DNA of 64,000 nt, taken from the NCBI GenBank assembly GCA_043228905.1, contig JBHGNT010000012.1:16430001-16494000 (forward strand). The letters are read 5' to 3'. How positions within the stretch are numbered: the stretch's first letter is position 1; each line of letters opens with the position of its first letter. This DNA comes from Azolla caroliniana (taxonomy: Eukaryota > Plantae > Polypodiophyta). The position numbers and the translations under genes are program-made. Of this stretch, positions 60,981 through 64,000 are shown piece after piece. The notes beneath the pieces were generated by a model that had not been told where the DNA came from, made no database searches, and saw only the letters and a list, made by a program, of their open reading frames with translations.

Positions 60981-63217
60981 TGTTATCATCTTCGGACGTC
61001 AAATATGACCTATCAACCCAAAACCACTTGCATTTTCTTTGTGTAATACATGTGAAAGTCAGTAGCTGCTCTCGATGTGCGAGAGCTTTGCTAATGAATG
61101 TTTCAAATCAAGAGCGCACGCTTGTGGCTATGAGAGAAATTCGTGTAAGGAGTTGGGTTTGGTCGAAGATGTGTGGAAAGCAATAGTCAGATGTGATCAA
61201 AGGTAGAGCATTGTGTGAATGTGTGATACTCAGACTCCTAAACTTGTTCCGGGCAAAATGTTTTCAGTCGATTTCTCTCGTTACTTTTGGGGCATGCCCC
61301 ATCGTAAACAACGGTGAGTTAAGTTGTATGGAAGCATGGTTCAGATCGCAAACAACAATATAAGATCTAATAGATATTAATTTGTGTGTTTTCTCCATTC
61401 AACGAAGAAATATGGTTTTGTAGTTTGGTGCAATACATGTAGTATGAGCCTCTAGATGCAACACATCCAAATACCTAATGAAACTACCCTTTTGTTGGCG
61501 ACAATGTCAACCACTCTTGAGCAACTAACTAGGAAGCTCTAACCTTACTCTATGACCTAATCATATTTAAACAACTTAAGTATCACTTCATCACAAAGAG
61601 ACTTCACACCCCAAGTAGTAAAGTGGAGGGACAAGAGGTCACTAACAAGATCTAGCTTTTATTAGTCCGATAAAGTTATTATTAGTTTAGGCTAAATACA
61701 ATAATAATAAGAAAATTCACATCAGGAGGATACATACACATTCCACATTGTCGTCTATATATTATTCTAGTGCAAACATTTGTTATGTAGCTCATTTCAT
61801 GCATGCCAAGTGTCAAAATGGTGTTAGTTGATTTACAACTCACCAAATTGTTTGGGAGAATATCCATCAAATAGGGCTAACTAAATGGGGTTCTTCATTT
61901 TCATGTAGATTCTTACATTCCTTATAAGCATTTCTCCCCCTTATTTAGGCTTCCTTAATCGTTTGAGCTAAACACATCAAAAGGCTAGATTCCAACTCAA
62001 CATTTTCTAGACAAGATCGAGTCATGGGTAGTAAAAAAATCCTAGAACATGATCATAAGAAATGTATGTCTATCATGAAGAACTAGTTCAACTAGTTGAA
62101 GTGTATGACTAAACTGGTGCTACTTATGAAGACAGTGACTAGTAATGAACACAACGAACAATGAAATGAGATTCTAGTGGTGAAGATAGTTAGGACTAAA
62201 GAGAGTGCTTATCAATGAAATGAGAGTCTAAAAATGAAGAGAACTCATAATGAAATGAGAGTTTAATGGTGAAGGGAGTTAGGAGTGAAAAGAGTGCCCA
62301 ATTGTGAATGTGCTTCTCACAATGAAACAAGAGGATAGTAGGGAAGAGAGTTACATATTAGTTCCTAGCCATGATATGAGAATCCTCTAATAAAGATGGC
62401 AAAGAAAGTTAGGAGCAAAAGGGGAACATGTGTCAAGAAGTCTAGGAATGAATGTGAACTACCAGACACCAAACATGGTACGAGCATGATCATAACCATA
62501 ATTCTCTGACCTTAGGGTTAGATGGGGACTAATTCATAAGGAACGAAGGGTGATGATTGAATTATCTCAACCCCATGATGGAGATAACTTTAGATTGTTT
62601 CATCACTTGGCATAGGGTTTAAGCATGTTGCTACCTTAATATGAACGGGATGATCTTTATTATTTTTTATAGAGACTCTAATAGTGTGGCAAAGCTCTAA
62701 AGTTATACAAGTTTGCACCCTTCTTCTTCAAACCCAAGGTATGATCCATGTTTGTTCTTGGTGGTATGGAACTCCAAGGGGGAACTTGGATCTATCTCAC
62801 TTTCGCTAGGGGGTGGTTGGGTGGATTTATGTCCTTTCTTCCTTATTTTCTCATTAGTTCTACTAAAGTTATTTAATATTCTTACAAAAATGTCTCTCTT
62901 GGTTCAGAACCCCTATGGTTATGTCATAGTTTCATACACATACATGCATTTTCACAATAATGCAAGATGCAACAAAAATCACACACTTGTTTTTTATCCA
63001 TAGCTCCACACACTCATTGACAATGAATGTAACAAGGATTCAACATAGGCTAAGAGGGGAAATTCTGAAGATGGCGTAGATTGTGAGTGTCAGAACATAA
63101 GGCACATTGGTTATACCATCACCAGATCATGGATCCACATGAGGAAACCCAAATGCCTTGTTGAGTTGCATCATAACCTCATTTCACTTCATCAACCAAC
63201 CTTGAATATGATGTAGA

Positions 63218-64000
63218 TGTTGAGAAATCATTGCGGAAATTAATCACAATAATTAGACGAAGCTGAAATACGAATCACACCCACAATGCGAGAAAGACAA
63301 GATAAACGACTATACACAGAGATTTACGTGGAAACCCTAAAACGGGGAAAAACCACGAGTGAACAGATTCTTCACTATAGTATAGTGGATATACAATACA
63401 GAGAAGAATACAACACTTTGTCCAGTGTATCAGCCGCACAGGGCTCTTCGCGTCTGTTGTTACACACACAACTATGGCGCGGCTCTCACTTCTCTCTCTC
63501 TCTCTCTTAGTCATTCAGTTTCTACAGTTCTAACTCTGTTCATCACATAACTAAAAGTTTTCCCTAGTTGCATATGTACTTACGCAACTTTCTGGTTATT
63601 TACGTACGTAGCCCTCATGGGATGCACACTTAGACTATTTACAAATATAGTCTCCCGAATTGGCTACCACTGTAGCCTTCGTCATCAAGCCTTCCAGTCA
63701 ATATCAGATTCAATCTAATATTAGGGATATGTTGAACATCCTTCAACGTTAGTCGACACCCTGTCGACGTCGTTAAGCACACACTTCCGACTCCGGTTAT
63801 CTTGCACTCTCCACTATCACCCATCTTTACATAGCCATGATCCCCAACTATGTAAGTCGAGAAGTACTCTCTCGACGGAGTAATGTGAAAGGATGCGCCG
63901 GAGTCGATCACCGAAGTGCACTCTTCACTTGCAAGATTTGCACTTGTCTGTTCACAGATGAACAGAAGTTCCTCATTGCTTGTAGCAATGGCCGAAGTGT
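63218..64000 (-). mobile_element. Ty1/Copia element remnant: partial 3' LTR (63218-~63667) fused to the protease region
   Basis: LTR similar to 20210-20947; IDSGASFHITP...VKMGD...GVGSVCL...LKDVQHIPNIRLNLI (Copia protease). Confidence 0.88.

Noticed and set aside
60981-61503. Possible solo LTR (TGTTAT...GCGACA)
   Set aside because: Weak terminal repeat, no TSD and no second copy in the window.

Overview
Eukaryotic nuclear DNA from a land plant; the TE lineages and gene structures suggest a seed-free plant such as a fern (inference). Left half (1-~27.7 kb): a deeply nested retrotransposon stack, resolved by LTR termini and 5-bp TSDs. It holds three related tRNA-Arg-primed non-chromovirus Ty3/Gypsy elements (A, B, D), a divergent Gypsy (C), four Tcn1-like chromoviruses (G, E, F, H; self-priming visible in G, E, F), two Copia solo LTRs, an unclassified 860-bp insert and an L1-like LINE. 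Right half: four intact host genes (GID8-like LisH/CTLH/CRA protein, GT-2-type trihelix TF, ILKAP-like PP2C, ZNF598/Hel2-like E3 ligase) among tandem repeats and TE relics. Most interesting: (1) elements A, B and D have a conserved 41-nt tRNA-Arg-like 3' end (T-arm, inserted hairpin, CCA) abutting the 3' LTR where the polypurine tract should be, complementary to their own PBS, and they share an unexplained coiled-coil 3' ORF; (2) several self-priming chromovirus LTRs carry an antisense tRNA-like Pol III A/B-box module at the U3 edge, two of them together with heat-shock elements. All calls are by eye; no database search was run.
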